From positions 1,440,001 to 1,472,000 of the forward strand of contig NC_004459.3 in NCBI RefSeq assembly GCF_000039765.1: 32,000 bases of DNA, read 5' to 3'. The stretch is from Vibrio vulnificus CMCP6. GTDB lineage: Bacteria; Pseudomonadota; Gammaproteobacteria; Enterobacterales; Vibrionaceae. Positions 29,146-32,000 of this stretch are shown piece by piece (positions within the stretch are counted from its first letter, which is position 1; each line of letters begins with the position of its first letter). The position numbers and the translations under genes are program-made. A model generated the notes under the pieces. That model was given only the letters and a program-made list of their open reading frames with translations. It had not been told where the DNA came from and searched no databases.

Positions 29146-30429
29146 TTATAGAGCTGTGAATAAGGTGTTCTGTGTGTCAGGTGTCCACGTTACCTGTGAG
29201 ACATGCGGAACATTGACGAGATAGCGTACTCCTTTGTAGCTCACCACATCGCCTTGAGCGTACTCCACATTCAACATCCAGTTCGTTGCTGGATCTGCAT
29301 TAGTCCATAGGCTAGAAGTTGCTGAGGGTGCCCAATCAGCTTGCGCTGTGTGGCTGGTGACGGCTTTGTAAACCGTCCCTTGATGAAGGACATAGGCGCC
29401 TGTTGAGTAGGTTGTATTGACCTGCCACTCTGGTGTGTAATTGTCCATCGTATCAAAGACGTATCCTGCCTCTTTGGCAATACGGATGAACTCTGCCAGT
29501 TTTGGTAGGTTTTGTGTTGCCCCCATACCGCGTTTGCCATCTTCGAATAAGAATTCATGAGTTAAGACAATCACTTTGTCCGCATGTAATGGTGTACCGC
29601 AAGGGAATTGTTGGGCTTTAGAGTTGATCGGATTGATGGTGGTAGGAGCACAGCTGTTTAAAGCAGCATCAACATAGCTCAAAAATGGAACCGCTTCCGT
29701 TAAGCTGTTTGCTGGCATCGCAATTCCCCAGTTTTCTGGTGCCCAATCCACATCCCAGCCGTGCGTTTGATAGCCTTTATTAGCCAAAATGTTCTGTACT
29801 TCAATGGATGCTTTGACGCTGTTTGATGGGTTGTCGGGATCACAAACATAACCGGGTTCCCATGGTTTAAGATTGTCCGATGTCGCACAGAGGCCATCTG
29901 CTTTAAAGCTTTTCGTCACACGCCAACCGTTAGTGTAGGGAAGACGAGCAAGCTCATCACCCTTATAGTTTGGGTAGCTGCTAATGGAAGGGAAGTAGCG
30001 CTCCAGAACCGCAAGGTTTTGTTCAAAGGTTGCAGCATCATAAACAGGATCTTGATAGGAGTTGATTTGATGATTACCTGTTGCATTACATTCAGCCCCG
30101 CTGTTTGGGCCAAATTCTTCCACGCAGTTATGGATCATGTGATCGTAACTGTGGTTCCCCACGATATGGCCAGAGTCGAGAGCCAACTTGAGCGCCTCAA
30201 GTGCTCGGTCTTCATTTTCATCCCCAATTCCATCTAAGTGCCAAGCATTGAAATAGAACGTGGCTTTAATTCCGCCTTCATTGAGCACTTGAATGACATC
30301 AAGGCTCGCGTTAATTGGGCCGTCATCAAAGGTTAAATAAATCGTGCCTTTTGGGCTTGTTTGTGCCAAAGCACTTCCTGAAATAACGATACTCGCAGCA
30401 GTAAGTAAAGCCAGTTTTTTTAATTTCAT
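29146..30429 (-). CDS. Secreted polysaccharide (chitin-oligosaccharide) deacetylase with C-terminal carbohydrate-binding modules
   Basis: Signal-like MKLKKLALLTAASIVISGSALAQ, NodB motifs IYLTFDDGPINAS and GNHSYDHM, and CBM5/12-like repeats WQVNTTYSTGAYVLHQGTVYKAVTSHTAQADWAP and WMLNVEYAQGDVVSYKGVRYLV. Start moved to 30429 at the signal peptide. Confidence 0.88.
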   Translation of the reverse strand: MKLKKLALLTAASIVISGSALAQTSPKGTIYLTFDDGPINASLDVIQVLNEGGIKATFYFNAWHLDGIGDENEDRALEALKLALDSGHIVGNHSYDHMIHNCVEEFGPNSGAECNATGNHQINSYQDPVYDAATFEQNLAVLERYFPSISSYPNYKGDELARLPYTNGWRVTKSFKADGLCATSDNLKPWEPGYVCDPDNPSNSVKASIEVQNILANKGYQTHGWDVDWAPENWGIAMPANSLTEAVPFLSYVDAALNSCAPTTINPINSKAQQFPCGTPLHADKVIVLTHEFLFEDGKRGMGATQNLPKLAEFIRIAKEAGYVFDTMDNYTPEWQVNTTYSTGAYVLHQGTVYKAVTSHTAQADWAPSATSSLWTNADPATNWMLNVEYAQGDVVSYKGVRYLVNVPHVSQVTWTPDTQNTLFTAL

Positions 30430-30694
30430 TTTTCTATCCTTTTTGAAATTAATTAATAATGACGTTGTTAGTTTTATATTGATAAAAGTGTTTTTATATT
30501 CGCTAATTAAATAACGATTAATCAAAATCGTTGCTCTCTTCTTGGTTATTATCCTATCCATGATTACCAATCTAAAAATAGGGTTAATTGTTCGAAATGA
30601 GATTTTGTTCACGAACAATGCAACCGGTTGCGCTTTTTTGCATGGATTTATTTTGCTACAGTTTTTAGGTCAGATTTTGAACAAGGGAAAATAA

Positions 30695-31003
30695 GTGATG
30701 AAAAAGATTTTGTTATGCTGTAGTGCGGGCATGTCAACGAGTATGCTGGTCAAGAAAATGGAGCAAGCTGCCGCGAGCAAAGGGATCGAATGCAAGATTG
30801 ATGCGTTATCTGTCAATGCGTTTGAGGAAGCGATTAAAGAATACGATGTTTGTCTGTTAGGGCCGCAAGTGCGATTCCAACTCGAGTCTTTACAGAAGAC
30901 GGCGCATGAGCATGGTAAGAATATTGCGGCGATCTCTCCGCAAGCTTACGGAATGATGAAAGGTGATGAAGTTCTTCAGCAAGCGCTAGATTTAATTAAC
31001 TAA
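30695..31003 (+). CDS. PTS lactose/cellobiose-family IIB component
   Basis: 102 aa; MMKKILLCCSAGMSTSMLVKKMEQAAASKGI (phosphocysteine motif CSAGMSTS), VCLLGPQVRFQL. Confidence 0.93.
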   Translation: MMKKILLCCSAGMSTSMLVKKMEQAAASKGIECKIDALSVNAFEEAIKEYDVCLLGPQVRFQLESLQKTAHEHGKNIAAISPQAYGMMKGDEVLQQALDLIN

Positions 31004-31091
31004 TTCGCGAACGTAAAATTTTAAGAAGTTAATCAGGTCATATATTAAATATGGCTAAGGGTTGCTTTGTCTAAAAATAAGGAAGGATTCT

Positions 31092-32000
31092 ATGAAGCTT
31101 TATGATGCGATAATTGGAGTTGTTGAAAAATATATTGCTCCAATAGCGGCTAAAGTTGGTAATCAGCCTCACGTGAGAGCGATGCGTGATGGTTTTATCG
31201 TGGCCATGCCATTTATTATTGTTGGTAGTTTTATTTTAATTTTTGCTTTTCCACCTTTTTCAGAAGATACCACTAATACTTTTGGTCGAGTGTGGTTAGA
31301 TTTTGCTACTAAGCACTTCGATACCATTATGATGCCCTTCAATATGTCGATGGGGATCATGACGATATTTGTCTCGTTGGGGGTCGCTTACAGTTTGGCG
31401 AAAGCTTACAAAATGGATGGCATCACGAGTGCTGTGTTATCACTGATGTGCTTTTTGTTGGTGGCAGCACCGGCTAAAGATGGCGCTTTATCGATGGCAC
31501 ACATGGGCGGAACGGGAATCTTCACTGCAGTGATGTGTGCCTTCTTCGCGGTGGAGCTCTATCGCTTTATGAAGAAGCATAACATTACCATTCGAATGCC
31601 AGAACAAGTTCCTCCTGCGATTGCACGATCCTTTGAGGTTCTGCTACCAGTCTTAGCGATTTTTATTACGCTCTACCCGCTGAGTTTATTCGTGCAAGCC
31701 CAATACGATATGTTGATTCCAGATGCGGTTATGGCAATGTTTAAACCTCTGATCAGCGCATCCAATACACTTCCTGCTATTATTGGTGCCTTGCTGGTCT
31801 GTCAGCTATTGTGGTTTGCTGGTATTCACGGTGCGGCCATTGTTGTTGGCCTGCTTTCTCCTATCTTCCTAACTAATATCAGTGCAAACATTGATGCGTT
31901 CGTTGCCGGACAGCCAGTTCCAAACGTCTTTACTCAGCCATTCTGGGATTTCTACATCTTTATTGGTGGCTCTGGTGCGACATTAGCGCTAGTGATGTTG
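31092..32000 (+). CDS. PTS lactose/cellobiose-family IIC component, 3' truncated by window edge
   Basis: Open frame from ATG at 31092 (GGAAGG upstream): MKLYDAIIGVVEKYIAPIAAKVGNQPHVRAMRDGFIVAMPFIIVGSFILIFAFPP...LLWFAGIHGAAIVVGLLSPIFLTN. Confidence 0.92.
   Translation, partial: MKLYDAIIGVVEKYIAPIAAKVGNQPHVRAMRDGFIVAMPFIIVGSFILIFAFPPFSEDTTNTFGRVWLDFATKHFDTIMMPFNMSMGIMTIFVSLGVAYSLAKAYKMDGITSAVLSLMCFLLVAAPAKDGALSMAHMGGTGIFTAVMCAFFAVELYRFMKKHNITIRMPEQVPPAIARSFEVLLPVLAIFITLYPLSLFVQAQYDMLIPDAVMAMFKPLISASNTLPAIIGALLVCQLLWFAGIHGAAIVVGLLSPIFLTNISANIDAFVAGQPVPNVFTQPFWDFYIFIGGSGATLALVML

Noticed and set aside
30430-30618. N-terminal extension MFVNKISFRTINPIF... of the deacetylase ORF
   Set aside because: AT-rich, non-conserved-looking sequence ahead of a clear signal peptide starting MKLKKLALLTAA; treated as upstream region.

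Overview
The window is a Vibrio-like chromosomal segment (genus inferred from gene content and order; no database search was possible). It is almost entirely conserved housekeeping loci. From left to right: the C-terminal part of a YhdP/AsmA-like protein, a nitrilase-family amidohydrolase, tldD, a convergent PIN-PhoH ATPase gene, rapA, rluA, a D-2-hydroxyacid dehydrogenase, ridA, pyrI-pyrB with a leader/attenuator, argF, arcA, rraB, a short accessory stretch (orphan GH2/mannosidase-like N-terminal domain protein, GNAT, duplicated DUF2061 protein, DUF898 plus M48 peptidase pair), valS-holC-pepA, lptF-lptG, an RDD protein, tRNA-Leu(CAA), a chitin/polysaccharide deacetylase, and divergent PTS IIB and IIC genes (IIC cut by the window edge). 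I found no CRISPR array, prophage, transposase, toxin-antitoxin cassette or defense operon. The most unusual sequence-level features are: (1) a telomere-like (CTAGGGG)n / TTCCTAG heptamer array with strong G-quadruplex potential between tldD and the PIN-PhoH gene; (2) a 143-bp ERIC-like inverted-repeat element just upstream of rluA; (3) a pyrBI control region with a 33-codon leader ORF running into an attenuator, plus an AATTTG initially transcribed sequence; (4) an inverted repeat that could bury the arcA Shine-Dalgarno sequence; (5) an orphan, catalytic-domain-less GH2-type protein. None of these amounts to a demonstrated new system. Items 1, 4 and 5 are the best leads.
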